A stretch of 63,558 nt of DNA, filler included, from Octopus bimaculoides (taxonomy: Eukaryota): NCBI RefSeq assembly GCF_001194135.2. It is 5 parts of 5 records of this genome, joined end to end, with 100 filler letters (N's around TTAATTAATTAA, not from the genome) between each part and the next. Parts side by side here need not be neighbours in the genome. Positions count along the whole stretch, not along the records: positions 47,866 to 60,104 come from NC_068983.1; positions 60,205 to 63,558 come from NC_068992.1; 3 more parts are not named here. The stretch is one strand, 5' to 3'. Shown here one piece after another: positions 50,741 to 63,558 of this stretch. Under the pieces are notes generated by a model, which had not been told where the DNA came from, searched no databases, and worked only from the letters and a program-made list of their open reading frames with translations. How positions within the stretch are numbered: the first letter of the stretch is position 1; each line of letters starts with the position of its first letter. The position numbers and the translations under genes are program-made.

Positions 50741-52269
50741 CGTGTGTGTGTGTCTGGAGGAACGCAGATCGATCCAAAGAGTTTTGCTGTCTTTACTGCA
50801 CATAAGACATTACACCTATCTCTTCCTTCCAAGATACTTAGATAAAATAGTAGGAGGTTATAAATTCAAACCTAGATCCTGTAGCTTTTTTCAGTATTAA
50901 AGCGTCCATTTTTAGCAGATTGTACTGCTGCCTTATCACAAAATTCTAACAAAACGGTAACTTTTGTAACGCCCTCCTGCATCATACTTCTCTGAAAACT
51001 TACATCTGGCCTCATTTTCTTGTTATCTTATCAAATCCGTGATGCTATAATTCTGTTTTTCCTCTTCTTCCCTTCTTTTTATTGAAAGAAATATTTATTG
51101 TTATCGTTGCTTAGAGTGGCAGAATCGTTAGACCGCCAGATAATTGCCTTGTGGTATTTATTCCGTCATGTTCAGAATTCAAACCCTACCGAAACCGACT
51201 AATCTTCTCTCAAACAAAACCTATTAGTTTTGTGTCTGAATCAGAAACAAGTATTTGTGTAGTGAATTGACAGGATCGTTAAATGGTTCGAAAATGTTTT
51301 GCAGAGTGTGTTCACTTTACATTCTGGTTTCAAATACTGCCCAGATCAACTTCGCTTTTCATCACTCCAGGGTCGATAAGAAAAGTATCAGTTTAATACT
51401 GGGATCAGCTAACCACTACTCTCAAAGTTCCTGGTTTTGTATCTAAATCAGAAACCATTGTTTTTATTTTGTTCTTCGCGAGATGGATGCGTGTTTGTAC
51501 TGCATCACCTGATGTACCTCCGTTTTCTTGATATTTCTGCAGCATTGTGTTCTTATCTTATGTGGGAATTAGTTGAGCTTAGACTACTCCTGCTGGTGTA
51601 CACCGCTAGCTTATTTTGTCATGGGGTTTAGTTTCTAGCTACTTGTTACATTATTGTTTGTTCTAAGCCGGCGAGCTGGCAAAACCGTTAGCATGCCGGG
51701 CAAAATGCTTAGCGGCATTTCGTTTGTCTTCACCTTCTGAGTTCAAATTCCGCCGAGGTCGACTTTGCCTTTCATCCTTTCGGGGTCGATAAAATAAGTA
51801 CACGTCGAGTACTGGGGTCGATGTAATCGACTTATCCCTGGAATTGCTGGCTTTGATCCAGAATTTGAAATCTATATTAGTGTTTGTTCTGACTGAGCAA
51901 ATCTATGATCAAAAGACATTTCAATCATGCTCACTGTTTCTTACCTGGAGTATTTCTAGCATTTCATAATCCCAAATTTTTCATTTCCTTCCCTTTCCAT
52001 TCCTTTCCTGAGGTTGTAGGATATAAATGAAGACAGAATTGGCAGCTATTTCCTACAGACCAAGCGACTACTGCCAGAACATAATCTTCCTGTTGTTTGG
52101 TATATTGTCTAGTTGCGTTGCATTGAAATTGAAATTGAAGTTTGAAAACTGATGTGCTATATCCATCACTAGTCACCGAACCTTTCAGATAAGATCCTTT
52201 CAGCATATATATACATATATATATATGTATATGTATGTACGTGTGTGTATATATGTATATATATGTATG

Positions 52270-52342
<73 letters not shown>

Positions 52343-53110
52343 GTATGTATTGTATGTACATATATATCTATTTATAAATATGTGTGTGTGTGTATATATA
52401 TGCACATACACTCACGCACGCACATTTATACATTTATATACACACGGGGGGAAGTCTCTCAGATTTATAGCGAAAAGGAAATGAGCTTTTGTAATAACTG
52501 AAGTGTAATGATTTCAAATCAACTTACTTGTCAATTTTGATAGATATCAAGACCCTGGAAGACTGGCCTGTAGCGCCATAAAAAAAAAAAAAGTATAGCT
52601 CAGATTGTATCAGACAGTGACTGATTCTAAAGGCCTTAATGTGGGTAAAGCCACTAAATATTAAATGTTTGATGAAGCATCTAAATACATTAAATGGGTC
52701 TTCAACAGAAATGAAGTAGTAAATATCGTGGGCCGTTACAAGAGAAGACCTTGTCAGTATCATTGTTGTCAGGAAAATGGAAATGCAGCCTAGAGTTTTA
52801 TATATTTCGAAATGATTCATTGTTGTAGTAATTATTTCAGTGACAGTTATTTTGATATATTTCGATATTACCATATATGTGCGCGTGTGTATGCGTGTAT
52901 ATGTATATGTACATGTGTATGTATATATGTGTGTGTTTGTGTATGTTTGGGTGTGAGAGAGAGGGAGTTTGTGTGTATGTGTTTATATGCACAAATGTAC
53001 GTGTAATACATAGACATGCATACACACACATTACATTACACATCGTTAATGCAAAATACGCTAATATTTGTCAATGTGTATATGTACGTATGCACGTATG
53101 TATATATATT

Positions 53111-53145
<35 letters not shown>

Positions 53146-54329
53146 TCCAGCATGGCCACAGTCAAAAGACTGAAACAAGTAAAAGAGTATATATANNNNN
53201 NNNNNNNNNNNNNNNNNNNNNNNNNNNNNNNNNNNNNNNNNNNNNNNNNNNNNNNNNNNNNNNNNNNNNNNNNNNNNNNNNNNNNNNNNNNNNNNNNNNN
53301 NNNNNNNNNNNNNNNNNNNNNNNNNNNNNNNNNNNNNNNNNNNNNNNNNNNNNNNNNNNNNNNNNNNNNNNNNNNNNNNNNNNNNNNNNNNNNNNNNNNN
53401 NNNNNNNNNNNNNNNNNNNNNNNNNNNNNNNNNNNNNNNNNNNNNNNNNNNNNNNNNNNNNNNNNNNNNNNNNNNNNNNNNNNNNNNNNNNNNNNNNNNN
53501 NNNNNNNNNNNNNNNNNNNNNNNNNNNNNNNNNNNNNNNNNNNNNNNNNNNNNNNNNNNNNNNNNNNNNNNNNNNNNNNNNNNNNNNNNNNNNNNNNNNN
53601 NNNNNNNNNNNNNNNNNNNNNNNNNNNNNNNNNNNNNNNNNNNNNNNNNNNNNNNNNNNNNNNNNNNNNNNNNNNNNNNNNNNNNNNNNNNNNNNNNNNN
53701 NNNNNNNNNNNNNNNNNNNNNNNNNNNNNNNNNNNNNNNTCTCTCGCCAAGGTCATCAGCTGTCGAACGCCGACGAAGGGAAATAACCCTGAAATCCGGA
53801 TACGTTCGTGCTGCTGGTCGAGGTGAGAGGGATAAATCCCTTGGCAAACAGGACACAGTCGTGTGTCGATAAGCCAGCTGGAGGAGATGTCCTCCTGGGG
53901 CTAAAAGCAACAGTAACATCCACCCCTAGGGGTCAGCCACACTTAAGTGGCAATATACTACACTTTATATATATATATATATATATGTATGTATATACAT
54001 ATATACATATGAGTGTGTGTGCACGTATGTGCATATGATAACATATGTGTGTAATTGTTGGTACATATATAATATATTAGTACTTATTTGTATGTAAACA
54101 TAGACTCATATGCACACATATGTGTGTGAATGTGTCTGTGTGTGTATGCGAATGTTGTGTGTGTGAATGTTGTGCGTGTGTGAATGTTGTTGAAAACTTA
54201 TCTGAGTTATTCTACCACTTTGACTTTTACTATTTAAATAGCAGCAATCTATTCTAATGCCTCTTGCAATTATCATTTTTATCTGTTTTCATCGTCTGGC
54301 TGAAAAAGCTACATTCATTTCGTCCTTTT

Positions 54330-54361
<32 letters not shown>

Positions 54362-57300
54362 GTTTGACTTAAAATTTCTGTCTATTGTTTTTTGTTTTTT
54401 TTTAATAACTCCTTTTAGTTTTGAGTCCAAAATACTTCTTTGCCAAGAGAACTGGCCTCTGAGTACATCACATTGCATCAACCAGCACACTACCACCACC
54501 AAACACAGAACCACCACGCCACACCACACAACATCATGTCTATTCTACATCTCACTAAATCACATCATACGTTCGTCCGATCTGTAGCAGATAATTTCGC
54601 TTTATCACATTTCTACTAAATACTGCACCATATAGCACTGCACGTCTGTACACTACCTCCACCCGGCCATATTTCATCACATCACACTTCACTATACCAT
54701 ACTTCTCCTCACTACACTCACCACTCCATGCCCTACCGTACAACACCCCAGCATTCGAGCACATTATTCATCTCAAGTTCTTCTGTCCCCAGCAGCAACA
54801 CCGTACATGCAAAGGTGATTGCAGCAGCAGCTGCAAGGAAGGAAGCAGCACTTGCTTCAACAAAATCAATAGGGGAAAGAACAGCAGCAAAAATAACAAC
54901 AGAAGCACCGAACTCAAGGACTGCATCAAACCACCAACCCTTCCAAGATATATTTCTTCATTCATACGAACCACTCATCTTGTAGTGAAGGTTTCGAAAG
55001 ATACTCAATAGTAAAAAAGTGCTCAATAGGAAAAAGAGGAAACTGAAAGACAAACGTCAGCTTAAAAGTTTGAGAGATTCAGACTGGCAGAATCGTTAGA
55101 GCGTGTTCCGAGTTCAAAATCTCACCGAGGTCAACTTTGCCTTTCATCTCTGTAGGTTTGACAAAATGAAATACCAGTCAAATGCTGGAGGCCATGTAAT
55201 CGATTAACCCTTTGTCTTCCAAAAGTGATGGTCTTCTGCTTCAATTGTATGGTGTTAGTTACTATTTTATCACCAGGTACGTTTCCGTATTCTGGCGTTA
55301 TATTTTTTTTTTGTTATTTTGGAAATGTAGTGTTATATATATATATATNNNNNNNNNNNNNNNNNNNNNNNNNNNNNNNNNNNNNNNNNNNNNNNNNNNN
55401 NNNNNNNNNNNNNNNNNNNNNNNNNNNNNNNNNNNNNNNNNNNNNNNNNNNNNNNNNNNNNNNNNNNNNNNNNNNNNNNNNNNNNNNNNNNNNNNNNNNN
55501 NNNNNNNNNNNNNNNNNNNNNNNNNNNNNNNNNNNNNNNNNNNNNNNNNNNNNNNNNNNNNNNNNNNNNNNNNNNNNNNNNNNNNNNNNNNNNNNNNNNN
55601 NNNNNNNNNNNNNNNNNNNNNNNNNNNNNNNNNNNNNNNNNNNNNNNNNNNNNNNNNNNNNNNNNNNNNNNNNNNNNNNNNNNNNNNNNNNTGTGAGTGG
55701 ATTTGGTAGACGGAAACTGAAAGAAGCCCGTCGTATATATGTGTGTATATATATATATATATATGTGTGTGTGTTTATGTATCTGGGTTCATCCCCCCCA
55801 CCATCGCTTGACAACCGATGGTGGTGTGTTTACGTCCCCGTAACTTAGCGGTTCGGCAAAAGAGACCGATAGAATAAGTACTAGGCTTCCAAAGTATAAG
55901 TCCTGGGGTTGATTGCTCGACTAAAGGCGGTGCTCCAGCATGGCCACAGTCAAATGACTGAAACAAATAAAAGAGTAAAAGAGTAAAAGAGTACATCAGT
56001 ACGTTTGTTATTGATGTTAGTTTATGCTCGTATTGATGTTCGTCTGTTGTGTATGGTATGTGTAATGTGAGTTGTTTGCTCACAAGATTCTAGTTGCACA
56101 GCAACACTAACCCTTTCTTTATCTTTCCAAACAAAATTATAGCTCCGTAAGACACTAACTTCTCCCTGAATTTTTCCGAGCAAAACTCTACATACATAGC
56201 AAGAGACACTAACTCCTTCTGTTATCTTTCCCCGTCATAAGCCAACATCATATCTTTCACATCTTCCTCATACCATTTCTTGGTGTTCTTTAATCATTCC
56301 ATTATCGTTCTTCTTCATCTTTTCTGAACATCTCTCAATATTCATTATACCATGATGCTGTATTCTTCGAGAAAATCATTTCATTTTCGGCCTTTTCACA
56401 AAGGACAGAAGAATTTAGTGATTTGGTAGTTTTACCAACAATTTCTTTCTTAAGAATTTCATAATGTTCTTCTTTATCATATCATAATTGGTAGTTTTCA
56501 GTTTCATGCAATACATGTTTTGCTTGGGACATATTTGTACCAGTCCTTATCTGTTTTACTGGTATCCGGAAATGGTCAGTCGCTATAACTGCCAACACGA
56601 TCATATTATTTTTGTAAGTTTGAGAAAGAGGGTTTATATACCTACCTTTAGCAAAATCAGTTAGTGGGATCGATAGAGGTATAGTTAAGCTACAGATAAA
56701 TCTATGTAAGAAAATCAGATCAGATATTTTTTTCCATGGATTTTGAAGTTCTGGAAAGAAGCGATTGGATGAATAGTTTTCGAGTGGGTTATCAATGATT
56801 GAGGTATAGTGAGGTTTAAATGAGTTTAAGTGCCTACAGGCTTTGATTTTTCTAACAGAATGCTAATATCCACATTCATCCGGTAAAGTAATGAAGCAGA
56901 TTTTCGCTGATGGCTCGGTCGGCTTGAAATAACAACCAAATCTCCCTCGAATTGCAATCCTTTTGCGTTAAAAATTAATGACAGCAGATAATGTTGTCCG
57001 ACATGCATTATGGACGCAGGAATATCCGAGTTGTTATGATATTCACTCCATAATCATGAGGTCTAGGGTTCAATAATACAGCATGGCATCTTGGGCAAGT
57101 GCTTTTTACTATATTTTTGGGTCGACCCGAACCATGTGTGGAAAATTTGGTAGAAGGAAACAATGGAAGCTCGTCAGATTTGTACCAGTAATTCACGACA
57201 CTGATTTTACCTGAGAATTACGTTAAAGTACATATGTCTGTGGAATAAATAATCAGCCACCTACACTATAATTCTATGACCCTAAATTAAGGATCGTCGA

Positions 57301-58524
57301 AACCGACAAAGATCCGTTTGCGCTTTTATGTCAGAAAAATAAGACGGTGTAGTCACATCTAGAACGGCTTTGATTATACTCAATCAGAATTGATATGATT
57401 TTAACAACAATTACGAGCCAATAAGGCAGTCACAATAGTGTCTATAGACTGGTTAAAGGCAGTAGTTACATCTCCTTTTAAGTGACACACTGACAAAGAA
57501 TACCATCTTGGATAGTGTAAGCCTAAATTATTTTAATATCTTTTCAAGGATTGGCAAGAAAAAAGTTACCCTCAAACCGGAAACCTTATCTAACTATTTA
57601 CAACAGACTGAACACTGATAAAATCAACCAAGACGTACATAATGTTTTTAAATCTGACGGTGGATTAAATTCATTGCCCAGTAGCACGAACGATCCCTCC
57701 GATAGGGCCTCCATAGAGTTCTTTTTTTTTTCCTGGGAAATTTCACCGACAAGCTTTAGTCAACTCGAAGTAAAGGTAGAAGACACTTGACCATGGTACT
57801 GTACAACGGAACACAACCCAAAACTTCGTAATCGCTAAACGAAATTGTTAACCTTACAACCATTCCTGGAATTATTAGACGATCAGAGCATTAACACTGG
57901 GGATTTGAAATGACCTAAGCCTAAACAATATCAGACAGTAATTAATGATAACGAATTGGTTATGAAAAGCGCTATAATATCAACAACCTGACCTAAGATT
58001 AAATGGTATCAGCACCTCTCCAGTGTGAACAGATAGATGAAGGCGTATATCAGTGACTCGATACAATGGCTCACCTCAGTCAACCACCATTATAATTTAT
58101 CTCACTCTCTCACTCACACTCCCATTATCTACCCACCAAACACTCCTCTTTCCCCCACAGATCGTCACACTATGCTATGTTATTTCAAGCTGAGTTCTTA
58201 TCTACACTCCATTGCTCAACGTATATCATATAACCAGATTCTTCCTCCATTCTTATTATAAGAGTAACAGTCATTGTTTTGCTGAGGTACTCACTGTTCG
58301 CATAAATTTCATTTTCTCTGTCTCTCTTTCTCTCTTTTTCTCTCTCCCCCCCACCCTCTCTCTCTCTCTCTTCTCCGTTTTCTCTTCTTTCATTCAAGAT
58401 TGTTTGAGACGATTCACACCTCTCAGTTACAATGTATATTCTGAAAGAAAGATATTTAACCGACAAGTTTTAATTGCAATTAAACAAGGCTCCAGTAGAA
58501 TTAACACAGACTGTCAGGAATGTG

Positions 58525-58552
58525 TAGCAGCAGCAGCAGCAACAGCACCAAC

Positions 58553-58609
<57 letters not shown>

Positions 58610-58693
58610 TGTTGTTGTTGTTGTTGTTGTTGTTATTGTTGTTGTTGTTGTTGTTGCAGCAGCAGTAGTATTAGTACTAGTAGTAGTACTAAT

Positions 58694-58724
<31 letters not shown>

Positions 58725-58725
58725 A

Positions 58726-58784
<59 letters not shown>

Positions 58785-59046
58785 ATACTAATAGNNNNNN
58801 NNNNNNNNNNNNNNNNNNNNNNNNNNNNNNNNNNNNNNNNNNNNNNNNNNNNNNNNNNNNNNNNNNNNNNNNNNNNNNNNNNNNNNNNNNNNNNNNNNNN
58901 NNNNNNNNNNNNNNNNNNNNNNNNNNNNNNNNNNNNNNNNNNNNNNNNNNNNNNNNNNNNNNNNNNNNNNNNNNNNNNNNNNNNNNNNNNNNNNNNNNNN
59001 NNNNNNNNNNNNNNNNNNNNNNNNNNNNNNNNNNNNNNNNNNNNNN

Positions 59047-59116
<70 letters not shown>

Positions 59117-59205
59117 TGATGATGATGATGACGATGATGATGACGATGATGATGACGATGATGATGACGATGATGATGACGATGATGATGACGATGATGA
59201 TGACA
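58525..59205. repeat. (AGT)n/(TTG)n/(GAT)n compound microsatellite with an internal gap
   Basis: Direct reading of the sequence. Confidence 0.95.
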
Positions 59206-59701
59206 GGCTTTGTGATTGTGGCTGAGAATCTTGTTAAATTTCTCCCAGCCACTCGAATTTTTTCATATTTTTACCAGATTATTTTCAAATAGCAAATGTA
59301 GTTCCTGCATTCATATTTTCTAGAAAATAATAATGAAGATGCTACAAGCAGTAAAAGTTATGTAATTTTAACCACTTTGCATTCTACATTGCCAGACAGA
59401 CCGGCAGTTGCGACTGCTGATCCCATGGGAACAGAATACACAAAATCTTTACGTGGTTTCTCGACCTGCTAGAAATAGCAGCCAAATCTTCTGTAATCAG
59501 TACCATGAAGTCCAAAAAAAAAAAAGCAAAAAGGAAGAAACAATGTGCCGAAATCTTCATTGATGTGCTCTTTTAGCGAACTCCCGACACTCATAATACT
59601 TAGTGGGTCCTTTAAGTCGATATTAAATGTATTTTTCTTTTCTTATGGCAAAAATGTTTTACAAGGGTTGGTAGTGGAAAAAGAATAATGCCAATACCAT
59701 T

Positions 59702-59741
<40 letters not shown>

Positions 59742-59782
59742 ACACTATACTTCATACAATAACAACATTGGTAACCAACTCT

Positions 59783-60042
59783 GGATCTTTCTGAATTGAC
59801 GGGCACCACTTGTTTTCTTAACATTCCACGGCAGTAATTGTTTTCACCTCAATAGACGTCAGTGATTGGTTGGAATTACCGAAATACGACAATTTTTTAC
59901 ATGAAATAACTTCGAATACAAAAATTTTTATCTGTTCTATAACACAAATTATACAAGTATACGAAGTTTGAAAGTGTTTCGGTACCAAAAACACTACATG
60001 AAACATAAATGAAAAGTGGTGCCCGTCAATTCAGAAAGATCC
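59783..60042. mobile_element. 260-bp MITE with perfect 28-bp GG-initiated TIRs and an 8-bp TSD; Merlin-like
   Basis: GGATCTTTCTGAATTGACGGGCACCACT (59783-59810) and its exact reverse complement (60015-60042). The flanks are CCAACTCT and TCAACTCT. Confidence 0.85.
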
Positions 60043-60204
60043 TCAACTCTTTCTACCCCACCATCACCACCGTCTTTTTCCTTTAAACTTTAAATTTCAT
60101 CATANNNNNNNNNNNNNNNNNNNNNNNNNNNNNNNNNNNNNNNNNNNNTTAATTAATTAANNNNNNNNNNNNNNNNNNNNNNNNNNNNNNNNNNNNNNNN
60201 NNNN

Positions 60205-60240
<36 letters not shown>

Positions 60241-61032
60241 TTATTATGATCGTATTTGTAGGTTCATACTCATACAGAAATACATAGTTACTACTATACA
60301 AAAACATGGTGAGCAATATGTGTTTCACAGAAACACACAGACACACATACACACACACACACACATACAGAAATTAACAGATGCTCACATGTAACCACAT
60401 AGGTTTCAATTAACACTTGGAAAATACACAGGAAATTAATAAAATATTCAAATGTCATTTTAAAATGTAACAAAATGAAAGGCGCTGCTACATATTAATT
60501 CTGTACACATCACAAGCATCTATATACGCACGTGCATGTGTGTTTGTGTGTGTGTGTGTCAGTGTATGCTTATAGATTCGTGCAAAAACCTCATAGGAAC
60601 AGCATCAGCCTGATATCAGAAATTAGCTTCAAAATGTTTAACAACGGAATGGTATATTGAATTTGCTTCCTGGGAAGAGATTACGCCTGGAGCCTATCTA
60701 TTTCTTCCCAAAGAAGACATTCTCATACAAACGTGCACATCCTACACATAATACAGATTAATGCACACAACAAGTGATAAGAACAAGAAATGACTAAATG
60801 TGCAAGAGTATATATACCCATATGTACAATATGTGTGCAGGGGAGAATCAGTAGATATAGGACAGCATACAGGAAATGTAACATTTAGATCTATCTTCTA
60901 AATCATATTAAAGATTAATTCTTGCTTTCATCTCAATGAAGTCAATGACATAAGCACTATCAGTAATCCATTCCATATTATGCCACCACTGCAAAACTAT
61001 GGCATTGTTCAAAATTGGTCTTTTATACCTTC

Positions 61033-61218
61033 ATACTGAAAAGTTCCTGGCTTTAACGGTATCACAAAAGGCCTGGTTGGAGGCCCAACCTTCTGAGATA
61101 TTTTAAAGGGTTTAGAAAATCTGAAGGACTGCTGCAATACATGTGTGAATCGAATCTGAGAGGACGATACGTTGAATAAGATCATAATTAAGGCAGGAAC
61201 TTTTCAGCACCTCCTCGT
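61033..61218 (+). mobile_element. Mariner-derived MITE, copy 3
   Basis: CTGAAAAGTTCCTGGCTTT ... GGAACTTTTCAGCACCTCCTCGTA, with the same interior as copy 2. Confidence 0.8.
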
Positions 61219-62338
61219 ATGTGTTTTCATGATCTTCATTTAATGTCCCGCTTTTCCCCTTGCTTGCATGGGTCAAACGAAATTTGGGGAAGGCAGATTT
61301 TCTATGACTGGGAAACACTTCCTGTTGCTAACCCTCACCTGTTTTCACGCAAGACAATATTTAACCAAAGCTTTTTTTTTCACAGAATACTGGAAACAAA
61401 CAACCTCGTTTATATGGATGATGATGGTGGTGATGATAGTGATGGTGATGATTATGATGATGATGATGATTATGATGATGATGATGATCATCATCATCAT
61501 CACCATCATGCTCACTTACAACCATCATATGATGTCCAGACAAGAGTAAACACACACACATACATGCACGCACGCACACATATACATATACATGTACACA
61601 CGTAGCAGGCTTATTTCAGTTTCCAACTACCAAGTACACCCACAAGTTTTAATTAGCCCAGAGCTGTAATAGAAGACACTTGTGTGAGAGCATACTAGTA
61701 TACCCATGCCATCAATAATGGTAGCAAGTATATATATATATATTGTGCTTAAATGCATTGAAAATAATCATAAAGCACAGTTAAAAAAAGGGAAAATGTA
61801 CATTTTTCCATTTTTAACCATCTTTAAACTATTCTATCTTTGAATTATCTACCATCGTCATTTATTTTTCTTTTGTTTTTGTGGGTATTTTTTTTTTTTT
61901 TGTTAATTCTGAAGCTTGTTAGCAGAAAATGTACAACTACAGTGAACAGAAGAAGAGAGAGAAAGAAAGATAGACAGTTAAATAGACAAAGAGTGAACGA
62001 AAATAGATACGCAGAAATATATTATACATTAAGGTCATCTTGATGTTTTCATGTAAACATGCTCTTACATAAGAATGAGAAGAAGAAAATGAGTGTGTGT
62101 GTAAGAGAGTGAGAAACAACATAGTTTAAGTACCGTAGTAAATAGTAAATGATACAAGCAGCATCACAGCAACATGGGTAAATTTGATACACATTAAGAA
62201 ACACATACACGCATCTACAGAGTTGGGTGTTAGGCAAAGAAACTTGAATATGTATGTGTGTATGTGAGTGTGTGTGTGTATTATAAGTATGTGTTTGTGT
62301 GTATGAATGCAAACATACATATACACCTCTTTTTACAT

Positions 62339-62446
<108 letters not shown>

Positions 62447-62489
62447 ATGTATGTATATATATGTGTGTGTGTATATATATATGTTTATA

Positions 62490-62562
62490 TATAATAATAT
62501 TAGGGACAAATATTTTGTCCCTAATATCATTATAATTTTCTAATTTATAATTAACGTTTATT

Positions 62563-62601
<39 letters not shown>

Positions 62602-62675
62602 GGGACAAATATTTTGTCCCTAATATCATTATAATTTTCTAATTTATAATTAACGTGTATTGTTTATATATATAT
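62490..62675. repeat. Tandem duplication of about 99 bp, each unit containing the hairpin ATATTAGGGACAAA-TAT-TTTGTCCCTAATAT
   Basis: Units begin at about 62496 and 62595. Confidence 0.85.
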
Positions 62676-63558
62676 ATACATATGTATTTTATATGCATAC
62701 ATATATATATATACATATGTATTTATCTATCTATGTAGCTATATATATATATATTATATATATATATTTGTAAGTATAAACATGCGCACATGCGTGTGTA
62801 TGAATGTATATATATATATATATTTGTATACATGAACATGCGCACGTGTGTGTAAATGCATGTGTGTTTTACGAAGTATGTGTGCATGTGTTATTGTGTG
62901 CGTGATTGAGAACACCATTTTTAAGATTCAAAGCTTTCGTTGTCGTTCCGTTTTGTTTTCATCTCTTCATCACTTCCTCCCCACCTTCCTCCCCACCTTC
63001 CTCACCACTCACTTCCTAGTTTTCCTGTCAGCCTTTGCTCCATCTTAGTTTAGTCCTAGCGTTCATCGCTTCACCATTTTCTTCCAAAACTATTTATCTG
63101 TCTTCTGTCGCTCTTCCACTTACAATTACAAAGAAATAAACACACTGTCAGGTCTATTATACCATGGCCGTCAATGTCCATCTGCTGGGCTCTCTGACAT
63201 TCTGTCCTCATATTTGGAATTCCTTGTTCTCAGTGGTCAACCGATATTCTTCTGAACAATGAACACTAACATATATTTGTGTGAGTGTGTGTGTGTATGT
63301 GTGTGTGTGTTTGTGTGTGTATACTCTTTTACACTTACTCTTTTACTTGTTTAGTCATTTGACTGCGGCCATGCTGGAGCACCACCTTTAGTCAGGCAAA
63401 TCAACCCCAGGACTTATTCTATTGGTCTCTTTTGCTGAACCACTAAGTTACAGGGACGTAAACACACCAGCATCGTTTGTCAAGCGATGTTGGGAGTACA
63501 AACACAGACACACAAACACACACACACATATATATGTACATATACATGATAGGCTTCT

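Noticed and set aside
54728-54985. Ala/Ser/Thr-rich ORF with an open antisense frame
   Set aside because: It grades into degenerate CAC/ACA/GCA repeats, has no donor site and no recognisable homology.
56050-56830. Possible very old L1/Tx1-like LINE 3' region on the minus strand
   Set aside because: Purine-rich and coding-like, but no diagnostic motif could be read with confidence.

Overview
AT-rich, microsatellite-saturated animal genomic DNA. The SINE, LINE and MITE families look like those of a coleoid cephalopod, most likely Octopus (from recognition, not a database search). The window is a patchwork: four identical 100-bp linkers (44 N + TTAATTAATTAA + 44 N) join five segments (about 1-20213, 20314-44104, 44205-47765, 47866-60104, 60205-63558), and many other N gaps are present. 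Nearly all ORFs in the supplied track are simple-repeat or gap artefacts. Only one host gene is supported, on the + strand and incomplete: a 117-nt exon (23414-23530) resembling the last helices of a death-effector domain, spliced in frame to a 447-nt exon (25827-26273) encoding a complete farnesoic-acid-O-methyltransferase-like (Methyltransf_FA) domain, possibly followed by a 21-nt microexon (33457-33477). The rest is a layered record of mobile elements: several tRNA-derived SINE families, RTE and R4/Dong-type LINE relics, a Ty3/Gypsy gag-pol junction with a readable -1 frameshift signal, Tc1/mariner relics and MITEs, two Merlin-like MITEs with 8-bp TSDs (one filled with TTAGGG repeats), Penelope-like fragments with hammerhead-ribozyme cores, and long intronic inverted repeats.
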